IMG/VR virus record: IMGVR_UViG_3300048783_000025
Coordinates: 1 to 44,491 of that record
Origin: a virus
Lineage: Duplodnaviria; Caudoviricetes
DNA length: 44,491 nt
Strand: one strand, 5' to 3'
Shown here: positions 19,155 through 28,041 of the stretch, one piece after another
How the letters are laid out: every line of letters starts with the position of its first letter
Position numbering within the stretch: the stretch's first letter is position 1
Program-made: the position numbers and the translations under genes
Notes under the pieces: generated by a model
Database searches by the model: none
The model's input: only the letters and a program-made list of their open reading frames with translations
What the model was told of the DNA's origin: nothing

Positions 19155-19904
19155 TTACACTACCGTGATCGCGGCAGTGTCGGTGAGGACACCCAAGGTA
19201 GCCGTGATGGTGGAAGTACCTGTCGCGTGGGCCGTGACCCGGCCGTACGAGTCGACTGTGGCGGTCGCCGGAGTACCGGAGGTCCAAACCACGTCGTTCG
19301 TGCGGTCCGCGCCGTTGTTGTCTTCGGCGCTGAGCTGGATGGTCTCTTCGTCCTCCAGCGTCGCAATGGTCGGGTTGACGTGGATACTCGACGCGGTTTC
19401 CGGTGCGGCGGGCTTGGTGATCGTGGTCGGCTTGCCCCGGAACACCAAAGTGGACGTGTACTGAAACAGGCCGCGCCAGTCCTCAGTTCCATCCTGCCAC
19501 TGCACGGCACCGACGACCTGCTCCGCGATGTCGATGGAGTCAGCCCGCCAAAAACGCATCTGAGCGAGGTTCTTGTAGCCGACCTCCTTACCGCGTCCAC
19601 GCAGGTACAGCAGCGACGGCGGGAGGGTGATCACGTCGTCGACGATCGGACCCTTGTAGATACCTTCCAGGACCAGCGAACCAGCCTGGGCGGTTGCGAT
19701 CTGGGAGTCGTAGCCACCGCCATAGATGTCGCCATCGTCTACCAGGTTCGGCTGGTTGGTTGGCCCGGCCTTGGTGAGACCGAAGACCCACGCCCAGTTA
19801 TCAGGGGCGCCAGTGCCAAACGCGAGGTTGACCTGGACGCACCAGTCGCGAGAGAGGGCGGATGCATAGCCGGTCGAATCCGGGGGCTGCAGGGGAGTGG
19901 TCAT
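19155..19904 (-). CDS. Major tail protein with C-terminal Ig-like (Big_2) domain
   Basis: Position; VVWTSGTPATATVDSYGRVTAHATGTSTITAT Ig signature. Confidence 0.85.
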   Translation of the reverse strand: MTTPLQPPDSTGYASALSRDWCVQVNLAFGTGAPDNWAWVFGLTKAGPTNQPNLVDDGDIYGGGYDSQIATAQAGSLVLEGIYKGPIVDDVITLPPSLLYLRGRGKEVGYKNLAQMRFWRADSIDIAEQVVGAVQWQDGTEDWRGLFQYTSTLVFRGKPTTITKPAAPETASSIHVNPTIATLEDEETIQLSAEDNNGADRTNDVVWTSGTPATATVDSYGRVTAHATGTSTITATLGVLTDTAAITVV

Positions 19905-20374
19905 GCTATGTCTCCTGGGTTAGTAGAGATTTCATATGAGTCGGCACGGTAAAACCTCCCGGACGCGTCCAAATCAACCGGACCACGGATCACCTGCTTG
20001 CACAGTAGAAGCCTAGTTCCATTTGGTAGTTTAACATGCGAACGGGCTTGCAGGCGATCGTACACGGCATCGGCCAAATCACTAGCCGCCAGACTAGGCG
20101 AGTTCGCGGGTACCCGGCACTCAATCTGAATGCGCCAGAGGGACACGCTCAGGTCTTCCCGGTGGTCTCCGCGCTCGGGGCCGGAATATACCCACAACGT
20201 GATCGCGGAGGCCGGGTCGTTAAACGCTTGCTGCAGGAACACCACTGGTTTAACGGCGGTCCCGTCGTACCCTGCGCCTGCCTCGTCGTAATGCGCCAAG
20301 CCCATCTCGTCGAGCCACAGGGCCACACCTTTGAGGATGGTGGTGGTGGTGTCAACGAAGCGGGGAGTGGTCAC
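19901..20374 (-). CDS. Tail terminator
   Basis: Position before the major tail gene; RIQIECR and D..GR motifs. Confidence 0.7.
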   Translation of the reverse strand: MTTPRFVDTTTTILKGVALWLDEMGLAHYDEAGAGYDGTAVKPVVFLQQAFNDPASAITLWVYSGPERGDHREDLSVSLWRIQIECRVPANSPSLAASDLADAVYDRLQARSHVKLPNGTRLLLCKQVIRGPVDLDASGRFYRADSYEISTNPGDIA

Positions 20375-20730
20375 GCGCTCATCCTCCGCTCAAACTCCTG
20401 GGCCATGATCTGGCCGAGCTTCGCGCGCTGCTCAATCATCGTCAGTTCGAGCCACTTCGCGCGGCCTTTACCTTTATGGTGAAGACTGAGGGTTTCATGC
20501 TGGTAGCGCGCGTATTTGGTGTTATACGTGACTTGGCCCTCGGCCTGGCCGTTGCTACCCTGAGAGACTTCGACGCGGGAGCTCCCCTCCAGGTTCCCGT
20601 CTTCGAATGGGCAGGTTTTGTTGGCTTCGTGTTCCAGGAAGCGCATGGCCACAGTCACTGCCTGCTCGGATGCAGTCTCCGCGAGGGCAACCATCTGGTG
20701 CTCGTTGAACGAAACGATAACCTCAGCCAT
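20371..20730 (-). CDS. HK97 gp10-like neck protein
   Basis: CPFEDGNL, YNTKYARYQHE and AKWLE motifs; GGAGG RBS before ATG 20730. Confidence 0.75.
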   Translation of the reverse strand: MAEVIVSFNEHQMVALAETASEQAVTVAMRFLEHEANKTCPFEDGNLEGSSRVEVSQGSNGQAEGQVTYNTKYARYQHETLSLHHKGKGRAKWLELTMIEQRAKLGQIMAQEFERRMSA

Positions 20731-20740
20731 TTGGTGCCTC

Positions 20741-21073
20741 CTATCCCAACCATACCATGCGATGATCCGGCGTGGGGAGACCTCCGCCATCACCCGGCGA
20801 AAGCTGGATCACTTGGGCTTCGGCCCGGCCGGGTGTTGTCACCAGCGAACCGAGCGGGATCTCCGCCACATCAATAGAGAACGCGATCGACGCAGAGGGC
20901 GCTACCTGCTGGCCGTTGGGCAGTCGGACTAGCTTCGGGTTGGTATTAACCGATGCCTTTATCGTGACCGCCGAAGCGAACACGGCGCCCTGCGGCCCCT
21001 GCCCGGTTTTGCGCCGCACGGATACGCTAATCAGGAAGTGGCGTTCGATAGCGCGCTTGGCCCAATTATCCAT
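20741..21073 (-). CDS. Head-to-tail stopper
   Basis: Position; GLPTPDH motif. Confidence 0.65.
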   Translation of the reverse strand: MDNWAKRAIERHFLISVSVRRKTGQGPQGAVFASAVTIKASVNTNPKLVRLPNGQQVAPSASIAFSIDVAEIPLGSLVTTPGRAEAQVIQLSPGDGGGLPTPDHRMVWLG

Positions 21074-21515
21074 ATACCCGATTCACCACCTTGGACATCA
21101 AGCCCGCGTGCTTGAGGTAATAGGCCGCTACCGGGATCAGGCCGCTAAAACTTTCCTGGATCTCGGAGTCCGAGGAGGCGGTGCTTGCGGCTACTGTCGC
21201 ACCGTTAATGGAGGTTGATGTAACGGTTGGGTCGGCTAACGCCACCCCCGCTGCGACAGTTGTGAGGTCCTGGCCGGTGATTACCCAAAACGCGACCTGT
21301 TCACAAACGGCAAATTTAAATGCCTCCGCGATCTTCTCGTCGGTTGGCTTGTCGTCGGTGCCCACATCATACCGGTCGTTGTGCGTGGCCTCCCGGACGA
21401 GGTAGGAAGCATGGCGGATGGCGATACCCGTGTTGCTGGCGTCAAGATCCGCGAACATGTCCGGAGTCACGAACTGGGCAAGGTCCGCGTGAACCGCGTA
21501 GGTCAAGATCGCCAT
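21066..21515 (-). CDS. Head-to-tail adaptor
   Basis: AVCEQVAFW and YLKHAGL motifs; AAGGAG RBS. Confidence 0.7.
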   Translation of the reverse strand: MAILTYAVHADLAQFVTPDMFADLDASNTGIAIRHASYLVREATHNDRYDVGTDDKPTDEKIAEAFKFAVCEQVAFWVITGQDLTTVAAGVALADPTVTSTSINGATVAASTASSDSEIQESFSGLIPVAAYYLKHAGLMSKVVNRVYG

Positions 21516-21670
21516 CAAATCTCCTTGGTTGAGAAAGTGAAACCCCGCAGGTCGCCCGCTACAGAGAGTCGATTACCCGGAGTATTCTCCCCAGTTCGCC
21601 TTAACGGTGTCGTCCCCATGACATGGTTTTTCCGGGACCGTTTTGACGGGGCTTCACTCATATGGGTGGC

Positions 21671-21922
21671 TTACTTGGAGGCGTCCGCGTCGGCCTTGGC
21701 TTTCGCTTCGAGCTCGGCCTGGCGCACTGCCTCGGCCTCCTTCTCGGCCGCCGCTGCGGCCTTCTTCTGGGCGGCCGTCAGCTTGGGCTCATCGTCCTCG
21801 GAGTTGATGTAGTCCTGGATTTCGCGAACGGCCTCCATGACCTGGTTCAGCTTATTCGCGAACAGGTTTTCAGCGTGGTGAAAAATGGGCTCGGTGGGGA
21901 GCGGCTTCGTCAGTTTTGGCAT
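21671..21922 (-). CDS. Hypothetical protein (83 aa, Ala/Lys-rich tail)
   Basis: ATG 7 nt after a TGGTACACT extended -10. Confidence 0.6.
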   Translation of the reverse strand: MPKLTKPLPTEPIFHHAENLFANKLNQVMEAVREIQDYINSEDDEPKLTAAQKKAAAAAEKEAEAVRQAELEAKAKADADASK

Positions 21923-21929
21923 ACCGCCG

Positions 21930-21969
21930 AGTGTACCATATTGCGGGATATGCAAGGGAGTGGTAAAAT
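21930..21969. promoter_or_regulatory. Divergent extended -10 promoters
   Basis: TGGTACACT on minus (21930-21938) and TGGTAAAAT on plus (21961-21969). Confidence 0.6.
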
Positions 21970-22005
21970 AATAATATAGCAATCAGCCTCCCTAAGGAGC
22001 CCGAA

Positions 22006-22170
22006 ATGGACGCACTCACTCGATTTCTTGAAGCCAACCCCTTCGAACCAGTTCTAACCTTCAAAACGTTTTCCGGCGAAGACATCCATTATCTCGCGAC
22101 CGATGTCGTGCAGATCGATTGCCTAGATTCCAGCCGGTGGCTAATGAGCAAGGCGCGCCCGGCCCTGTGA
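22006..22170 (+). CDS. Hypothetical protein (54 aa, MDALTRFLEANPFEP...), absent from the ORF track
   Basis: TAAGGAG RBS, upstream promoter, ATG to TGA read directly. Confidence 0.6.
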   Translation: MDALTRFLEANPFEPVLTFKTFSGEDIHYLATDVVQIDCLDSSRWLMSKARPAL

Positions 22171-22250
22171 TTGGGGTTACAATCAATATAGTCGACGGCG
22201 TTAAATAAAGATACCGCTCCACAACTTCAAATAGACAGGCAGAACACGAA

Positions 22251-22463
22251 ATGTGCGCATCCGAGCTTGAAGGTTTCCACGACCTACTCAGCTACCAGGC
22301 CAAGAGCCTGTTTGAAGGCACACTCTCCGCCAAAGACGCCGTGCACTGGTTGCACGCCGTCGTCGATTCGACCGGAACCCCGCTGGAAGGCGTCGAACAG
22401 GCGCTAATCTCCGCGTTCCAAACCGAAGTGGCTAACTACCGCAAATCCTTACTCCCCGCATAG
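22251..22463 (+). CDS. Hypothetical protein (70 aa)
   Basis: Followed by a terminator; protein-like composition. Confidence 0.6.
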   Translation: MCASELEGFHDLLSYQAKSLFEGTLSAKDAVHWLHAVVDSTGTPLEGVEQALISAFQTEVANYRKSLLPA

Positions 22464-22466
22464 CGA

Positions 22467-22502
22467 AGAAGCCCCCCAGAGCCTGCGAGCCGGGGGGCTT
22501 CT
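22467..22502. terminator. Bidirectional terminator
   Basis: AAGAAGCCCCCC / GGGGGGCTTCTT inverted repeat between the MCP stop and the plus-strand ORF stop. Confidence 0.75.
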
Positions 22503-22516
22503 TGCTGCGCTAAAGC

Positions 22517-23446
22517 TTACGCTAGCGTCAGTTTCACGCCGCGCACGAACTGCTTGGTACCAGCCGGGTTGGTGAGATCCACCGGGTCCAGCGTGGTGCC
22601 GAGGCCGAAGAACGTACCGACGAACGCGCGGTCAGACGCGTTGACGGAGTTGTAGTCCTCCCAGTAGGTCAGCGCCAGGCCGTTGAAGCTGGCCGAAGAG
22701 CTGAACGCCACGCCCCGTGCGGGCTTCGGAGCGCGGAAGACGCCGGGGAACGCGGTACGGTGGAAAACGTACGCCTCGTCGGGGGCGATATTATCCGAGC
22801 CGAAGATATCGAAACCGGCGATCCGGCCAATCTCCGCGTCACGCAACGCACCCGTGGAGCCGGAGCGGTCCGCATCGATCAGGCTGGGATCGAGCAACGC
22901 GATCTCTTCCAGCTCCGAGCCGACGATAGCCACCCGGTTCGCACGCGGTACAAACGACCGGTTGAGCTTGCCGCGAGCCGCGATCAGCGCGTTGTACATG
23001 CGCCGTTCGCCGGTGGCTGCGATCGTCACGTTGTGAACGTAGGTGGCGCCGGAAATCTCTAGCGCGACCTTGTTCTCGACGTGCTCCGCCACTGCCTGAG
23101 TCATCGGCCGCAGGACACGATCACCGAACGGCTCGACGTCGAGGGTTAGCTCCTCATCCAGCAGGTCGACCGCCTTGTAGGCGTACGTGTCGAGGCTGAT
23201 GTCGATTGAGCCTTCCTTGATGTCGTCCGTGACGATCGTACGGGCGGCAGTACGCCAGGCCAGCTCGCGGCCCTCAGTCATCCGGCCGGGAACCCGGATC
23301 GAAATCTTGTCACCCTTGGGGCCAGTGGCTCCAGTGAAGTTCGCTTCGGCGTCTCGCCAAAGGAACTGGGTTAGTACGAGCTCGCGCTCTAGGGTACCCA
23401 GCGACGCGTTAACCAGCGTCTCGGGCTTGAGAAAGGCGTGTGCCAC
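22517..23446 (-). CDS. Major capsid protein (P22 coat-like family)
   Basis: 309 aa after the scaffold; KGDKISIRVP, IGRIAGFDI and AYVFHRTAF motifs. Confidence 0.88.
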   Translation of the reverse strand: MAHAFLKPETLVNASLGTLERELVLTQFLWRDAEANFTGATGPKGDKISIRVPGRMTEGRELAWRTAARTIVTDDIKEGSIDISLDTYAYKAVDLLDEELTLDVEPFGDRVLRPMTQAVAEHVENKVALEISGATYVHNVTIAATGERRMYNALIAARGKLNRSFVPRANRVAIVGSELEEIALLDPSLIDADRSGSTGALRDAEIGRIAGFDIFGSDNIAPDEAYVFHRTAFPGVFRAPKPARGVAFSSSASFNGLALTYWEDYNSVNASDRAFVGTFFGLGTTLDPVDLTNPAGTKQFVRGVKLTLA

Positions 23447-23463
23447 GGCACTGCTCCTTTAGT

Positions 23464-24120
23464 CTAAAGCGAACGCATCCCAAAGCCGCTGGCCTTGGCG
23501 ATCCGGTCCGCTAATTTGCGGGGGTCCGTTTCGTTGGAGCCGCTGCCTTGTGGGGCGCCACCTCCAACGGGTGTGGAGAAACCACCGCTACTGCCACCAC
23601 TAGCAGTCTTGGTGTTCTCCTTAACCAGCTTCGCCATCTCCTCGTTGAATTTGTCGGATGCCGGGTCGAGCGCATCCGCCTTTTTCATAAACGAGATGGA
23701 GTCGAGCAGCTTCGCGGGCTCTGCGCCCTCAACGCTGGTCGCTGCTGTGAAGACGCCGAGCTTGATGTTCGCGGCTTTGGCACTAGCCTCCGCTGCGGAT
23801 ATCTTGCCAGTCGACTCGGTGAGCGCTTTGCTCAGGTCCTCGACTGTGGCCTCTTCCTTTTTGAGCCCCAGCGCGACGGCGATGCTGTCGAGCTGTTTCT
23901 GGCTCTTACCCTCTAGCTCGGTCATTTTAGCCGCTAGTGCGTCGGCCCGCGCCTTGTCTTTATTGGCGCGGCCTTCCCACTTGCGGGCGGCCTGCTTGAG
24001 AATATCGGCGTTGTCAGTTTTGGTGTCTAGTTCCACTTCGGAGGTTTCGACTTCCGTACCTTCCGGTGCGGTCGTAGTACCCTCGGTCGTGGTTCCGGCG
24101 TCCGCCGCTGATTCTGCCAT
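23464..24120 (-). CDS. Scaffolding protein
   Basis: Acidic N-terminus, ARKWEGRA, coiled coil, LLDSISF. Confidence 0.8.
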   Translation of the reverse strand: MAESAADAGTTTEGTTTAPEGTEVETSEVELDTKTDNADILKQAARKWEGRANKDKARADALAAKMTELEGKSQKQLDSIAVALGLKKEEATVEDLSKALTESTGKISAAEASAKAANIKLGVFTAATSVEGAEPAKLLDSISFMKKADALDPASDKFNEEMAKLVKENTKTASGGSSGGFSTPVGGGAPQGSGSNETDPRKLADRIAKASGFGMRSL

Positions 24121-24128
24121 TTTTGTTC

Positions 24129-24178
24129 CCCTGCGGGTTGGTGAGCCCTGCGGCTCTCTAAAGGTTCAGTCCCTGCGG
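24129..24178 (-). repeat. Three CCGCAGGG direct repeats in the scaffold/MCP leader
   Basis: CCCTGCGG on plus at 24129, 24146 and 24171; TGTTAAAAT promoter at 24189-24197 on minus. Confidence 0.7.
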
Positions 24179-24218
24179 ACCTATTCACATTTTAACATAG
24201 CAACCCTAGTTAAGGTAC

Positions 24219-25373
24219 CTATGCACGATAGGACACATTCGCCGCGTTACCGGTCTTAGGATTTTCACGATCACGTTGGCGTTTCGCGGAGGTGGTGTCG
24301 GTATGCTGTTTAATAGCGGCATTCCAACGGGAAACGTCTGTTTTGGCCTCTCGCTGGCCAGCGGAGTCTATCGCGGCGGCTTGCCGTAGCTTAGCAGCCC
24401 GAACCTGTCTTTCGAGGTACCGGAGCTTCTCTCGATCAGCTTCGCCAGCTGGATCGGCGGTGTCTTCGGGGGGCTCGGTGATGCCTGGCATGTACAGCTT
24501 ATGGGAATGGCGGCAATTAGGGTGATACAGTCCCGCCGAACGTGCCTCGGCCAGACTAGCCAGGACTTCGAATTTCATGATCCGGCCGGTGAGCTGATTC
24601 ACGCCTTCGACTTTGCCTCCGCCTCCGCCACTGCCATCGATCGACAGAATCTTGCCTTCGTAGGGTCGGCATTTCGCGCACTCCTGCGGGTTGTCGCTCA
24701 CAATCACGTATTTGTGGCCTTCGTCGAGCAGTTCTTGCGTGTGCGCATTAACTAACGCAGTGGTGTTGGCTGTCCGCATCGACATCTCGGCATACGAACT
24801 GATCGACCAGTGGCGGCCAGCCGCGTCTGTGAACCCAGTGATTCCGCGTTCCGCGAACTGGTCGAGTGCGCTTTGAAGCGCCTCCTTCTGAGTATGCACG
24901 CCTGTCAAGACGTTCCCAGTGACGCGCGAGATGATCATCCGGTAGTCGTCCTGGACCGCGCGCAGGATACGCGGGTGTGTGCGATTGAGGTTGTTCTGAG
25001 TTTCTAGGGCCAGATTCGCGATAGCCCGCGTTGGCGTCCGTGTGATCACTCCGAGGTCTCTCGCGATCGGAGCGACCTCTCGCCGCAGGACTCTCGCCAC
25101 CTCCCCCGAAGCGGTCTCCTGGCCCACTCGCGCGGCCTGATAGACCGAATGCCGGACCGCTGCGCCGGATTTTGCCTGAACCGTCCGCATTAAGTCCTCG
25201 GCTGCCGAGCGGAACAAATAGATCTCGTCGAGCTGCTGGGCCGCCCACCTGGGGGTTTCGATACCCTTCGCGGTGTACTGGGCGACTAGCTGGACTAGCT
25301 GGTATTCAGCCTCCGCATAGATGTTGGTCACCGAGCGGGTAAGCCCGGTGACCTGAGGAGGGGATATTGCCAT
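24219..25373 (-). CDS. Minor capsid / capsid maturation protein (MuF-like)
   Basis: FTDAAGRHW, YAEM, CAKCRPYEGK, GLYHPNCRH and RYLERQVR motifs. Confidence 0.85.
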   Translation of the reverse strand: MAISPPQVTGLTRSVTNIYAEAEYQLVQLVAQYTAKGIETPRWAAQQLDEIYLFRSAAEDLMRTVQAKSGAAVRHSVYQAARVGQETASGEVARVLRREVAPIARDLGVITRTPTRAIANLALETQNNLNRTHPRILRAVQDDYRMIISRVTGNVLTGVHTQKEALQSALDQFAERGITGFTDAAGRHWSISSYAEMSMRTANTTALVNAHTQELLDEGHKYVIVSDNPQECAKCRPYEGKILSIDGSGGGGGKVEGVNQLTGRIMKFEVLASLAEARSAGLYHPNCRHSHKLYMPGITEPPEDTADPAGEADREKLRYLERQVRAAKLRQAAAIDSAGQREAKTDVSRWNAAIKQHTDTTSAKRQRDRENPKTGNAANVSYRA

Positions 25374-25389
25374 CCCCCTAGTCTAGCAT

Positions 25390-25599
25390 CTATTCGGGTG
25401 GATCGATAGTCTCCTGAATGAACGTGGCTAGCGCGGCTTCGTAGTCCGGTAGGCATTCAACCGATGGCCGCGTGTTCGGTGGATACGGCACATTCTCTGG
25501 TTCGAGTTCTACAGAAGCTGCCCAGATCTCGACTCCGCGAGACTGCATTACTTCGAGCGAGATGTCGGCAAGCTGCAGAGGGGTAATTGTTCTAGCCAT
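25390..25599 (-). CDS. Hypothetical protein
   Basis: AAGGA RBS; same strand as neighbours. Confidence 0.55.
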   Translation of the reverse strand: MARTITPLQLADISLEVMQSRGVEIWAASVELEPENVPYPPNTRPSVECLPDYEAALATFIQETIDPPE

Positions 25600-25615
25600 T
25601 GGATTTCCTTTGTGT

Positions 25616-25927
25616 TTAGTCGTCTTCGCCTACCAGCCAGCATACCACCGCGAACACAGCACTTAGAACGACTCCGCAAATGGCCATCACGACCGTAGTC
25701 ATAGCAGCGCTAAAACTAGGGCGAACACGCCAGCTCCGCAACACGCCATTAAAATCAGGACGATAGCGACGGCCGGGATTAACCGCTCGATATCCTCGCG
25801 TCCATGCTGTCCCATCAAATGGTCCTTTCAGTTCCGCAATCAACGCAAACATTCGAAAGAGGTTCTCCCAGAATGCTTCTTCCAGTTTCCCACTCGTGAA
25901 CCCCCGTGATTTCGCAAAGTGGAACAT
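25616..25927 (-). CDS. Hypothetical membrane protein
   Basis: AAGGAG RBS; C-terminal TM segment. Confidence 0.5.
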   Translation of the reverse strand: MFHFAKSRGFTSGKLEEAFWENLFRMFALIAELKGPFDGTAWTRGYRAVNPGRRYRPDFNGVLRSWRVRPSFSAAMTTVVMAICGVVLSAVFAVVCWLVGEDD

Positions 25928-25951
25928 GCACGACTCCTTTAACTTCGTCGG

Positions 25952-26176
25952 TCACGAGTTTTCCAGCGCGGCTAGCTCACTTATCAGAACTTTGCCGCAT
26001 CGCTCCGTTGTTTCGAGTGTGACCAACTTCGCCACCTCCTCGATGGACAGGCTGGCTGGGTTTTCGGGCTGCCAGCTGGTGGGCGCAACCCAGACCTCAG
26101 CGTGCAGCTTGACCTGGTTAAGAACCAGCAACATCCGATTCAAGAAGGCTGCCTCCACCATCACCGATTTAGGCAT
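25952..26176 (-). CDS. Hypothetical protein
   Basis: Coupled to the upstream ORF. Confidence 0.55.
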   Translation of the reverse strand: MPKSVMVEAAFLNRMLLVLNQVKLHAEVWVAPTSWQPENPASLSIEEVAKLVTLETTERCGKVLISELAALENS

Positions 26177-26492
26177 CAGCGGCCTGCGCCTGGTCCGCGA
26201 ACTTGATCAGTTCGTCGACCTTATCGACTCCGAGGGCTTCGTCAAGCATGTCGACCACTTTGGCCGAAGCCGTCCAATACATCTCTGCGAAGATGTTAAG
26301 TGGAATCGTCACCCGCTCTGGTGTCTTGATTTTGAACCGGCGGACTGGGAGTTTGGAAGACGAATGCCGGGCTAGCCGGACCTTGAGCGCGTGCGCATCC
26401 TTACACGGGCCGCAGGCGATTTCGCCATTGAAGTGATGCCGGGAGTACCCGGAGTCTGTGCCGCATTCCGCGACTTTGCGGGGTGATGCCAT
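26169..26492 (-). CDS. Hypothetical Zn-binding protein
   Basis: CGTDSGYSRH...CGPCKDAH motif common in actinophages; GGAG RBS before ATG 26492. Confidence 0.65.
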   Translation of the reverse strand: MASPRKVAECGTDSGYSRHHFNGEIACGPCKDAHALKVRLARHSSSKLPVRRFKIKTPERVTIPLNIFAEMYWTASAKVVDMLDEALGVDKVDELIKFADQAQAADA

Positions 26493-26559
26493 TAACCGAC
26501 TCCTCCAAATAGTGCTAACCAGATTAGGGGCAGAAAGCCCAACCAAGAAGTCTCCTTCA

Positions 26560-26712
26560 TTAGATAATCCACACCCAAACCAGGCCCAGCGCGAGTACGG
26601 CGAGGAACGCGCCGACCGCGACCTTGACGTCGTGGATGAGCAAGTCTCGCTTGATCTGCTTGATCGTGTTGAGGTAGACCTCGCGCTTGCGGTCTTCCGG
26701 AAAGTCGTACAT
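26560..26712 (-). CDS. Small membrane protein (50 aa, MYDFPEDRKR...), absent from the ORF track
   Basis: GGAGG RBS, C-terminal TM, TAATG coupling to a following 22-aa ORF. Confidence 0.5.
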   Translation of the reverse strand: MYDFPEDRKREVYLNTIKQIKRDLLIHDVKVAVGAFLAVLALGLVWVWII

Positions 26713-26718
26713 GGGGGA

Positions 26719-26949
26719 TTAGCCTCCGAGAATCAGGGGTTCGACGGGAAACGGATTGGCTGAGAAATACGGAATCTGGTCCCAACTGGGCGCTGCGACC
26801 TTCCAGCACGACGAGGCTGGTTTGGGCGTGCCCTTTTTCCATTTGGTCGGGCACGCTCGGCAACTGATCGCGGTCCGAGTGTACGGGTCGTCGTTGAAGT
26901 CCCAGTCGTGTTCGTGGCGAGCCATCAGGCGTACCGCGATTCGTGACAT
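26719..26949 (-). CDS. Hypothetical protein (HxH, CxxC)
   Basis: 76 aa in a run of small minus-strand ORFs. Confidence 0.5.
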   Translation of the reverse strand: MSRIAVRLMARHEHDWDFNDDPYTRTAISCRACPTKWKKGTPKPASSCWKVAAPSWDQIPYFSANPFPVEPLILGG

Positions 26950-27200
26950 CCGGAGATACGGCAGCGGTCAACAAGGAGACCAGCGATCGCCCAAGAATGG
27001 TCGTGCGGCTCGATCTTGCGAGTTGATGTGCAAACACAGAACCATTTGCCGTCTTCGTCCACTTGCATGTGATTGAGGCCGTTGTCAGCTCGTTCGACTA
27101 CCGCTTTCCGAAAATGTTGGGCCACCTGCTCCACCATCTCTTCGGAGATCGCGTAAACGCCCGGCGGGTCGCCTGGCTTGTAAACGGGGTAGTTAGTCAT
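26925..27200 (-). CDS. Hypothetical protein (Cys/His-rich)
   Basis: TAATG coupling to the upstream ORF. Confidence 0.55.
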   Translation of the reverse strand: MTNYPVYKPGDPPGVYAISEEMVEQVAQHFRKAVVERADNGLNHMQVDEDGKWFCVCTSTRKIEPHDHSWAIAGLLVDRCRISGCHESRYA

Positions 27201-27412
27201 TAAGGTTCCCTCGATGCTGGTATCTGGTTCAGTGTGCGCTGGAGATGAGCCGCTCGAATGGCCTGCTCGGAGAATTTGCCGCGTGTGTGGACCAGCTCGC
27301 GGTCTAGCTCGTCGCAGGTGTCGAGCAGGTCTTTCACCTGGTCCTTGGTCGGGCGGAAATCCATCTTGAACAGGATTCGCCTAAAGTTTGCGCGTTTCTC
27401 GCGATTCATCAT
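27200..27412 (-). CDS. Hypothetical protein (70 aa, MMNREKR...)
   Basis: TGATG coupling to the upstream 34-aa ORF. Confidence 0.6.
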   Translation of the reverse strand: MMNREKRANFRRILFKMDFRPTKDQVKDLLDTCDELDRELVHTRGKFSEQAIRAAHLQRTLNQIPASREP

Positions 27413-27516
27413 CAGAACGGCCTCCCGCCACGTGGCATGTTGGTCCAGAGCCAAAATAGTAAGGTTGTCCAGGCGTCCAAAGCGTTAACCTTCCAATCGT
27501 TTAGGCGAGCGATCAT
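27412..27516 (-). CDS. Small protein (34 aa, MIARLNDWKV...)
   Basis: ATGA and TGATG overlaps on both sides. Confidence 0.45.
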   Translation of the reverse strand: MIARLNDWKVNALDAWTTLLFWLWTNMPRGGRPF

Positions 27517-27602
27517 TCGAAATTCTCAGGACCGGCTAGGCCCTCCTCCGCGAAAGCGGCTTGAACGTCTTCGAAATCCGGGTCAATCTGCGTCGCTGGC
27601 AT
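27513..27602 (-). CDS. Small acidic protein (29 aa, MPATQIDPDFEDV...)
   Basis: ATG 6 nt after a TGGTAATCT extended -10. Confidence 0.45.
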   Translation of the reverse strand: MPATQIDPDFEDVQAAFAEEGLAGPENFE

Positions 27603-27627
27603 ATTGTCAGATTACCATACTATACCC

Positions 27628-28041
27628 CTAAGACGCAATACCCTTCTTCTGATACTCGTTGTACCAGTTTTTCCGGACAACTGATTTGGATACCTTGGCC
27701 CGACGTACGCGCTGGTCCACCACCCGCGCTAATTTGGCCCGCTGCTCGTCGTCCAGCGCTGAATACAGGGTGTGAAACGTCTCGCCCACGCGCGCAGACA
27801 GGTGGCGAATGCTGTCGACCATATCGCTCGGTATCCTGACGGCCTCGTCCTGGGATTTGGAGCCCGCAGGTATGACGAACGTACCCTGAGGGCCATCGAG
27901 GACCTGCGGAGAGCCTTTCGCCAACATGGCCGTCACAGTCTGCAGCGATTTTAACTGAGGCTGAGCCATCAAGTCGAGCAGTGACTCTAGCTGGCGCTGG
28001 ACTGCCTGCGGAGTCTTGGGGTTGTAGGTTTCGTTATCCAT
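27628..28041 (-). CDS. Hypothetical protein (137 aa, MDNETYNPK...)
   Basis: ATG 7 nt after TGTTAACCT; preferred over the TTG at 28188, which would run through structured RNA. Confidence 0.6.
   Translation of the reverse strand: MDNETYNPKTPQAVQRQLESLLDLMAQPQLKSLQTVTAMLAKGSPQVLDGPQGTFVIPAGSKSQDEAVRIPSDMVDSIRHLSARVGETFHTLYSALDDEQRAKLARVVDQRVRRAKVSKSVVRKNWYNEYQKKGIAS

Noticed and set aside
7674-24259. Many long plus-strand ORFs opposite the structural genes (e.g. 7674-8420, 19227-19952, 23495-24259)
   Set aside because: Antisense shadows expected in GC-rich coding DNA; no RBS or motifs
26492-27037. 181-aa minus-strand ORF
   Set aside because: Arg-rich shadow frame; the interval is better explained by coupled smaller ORFs
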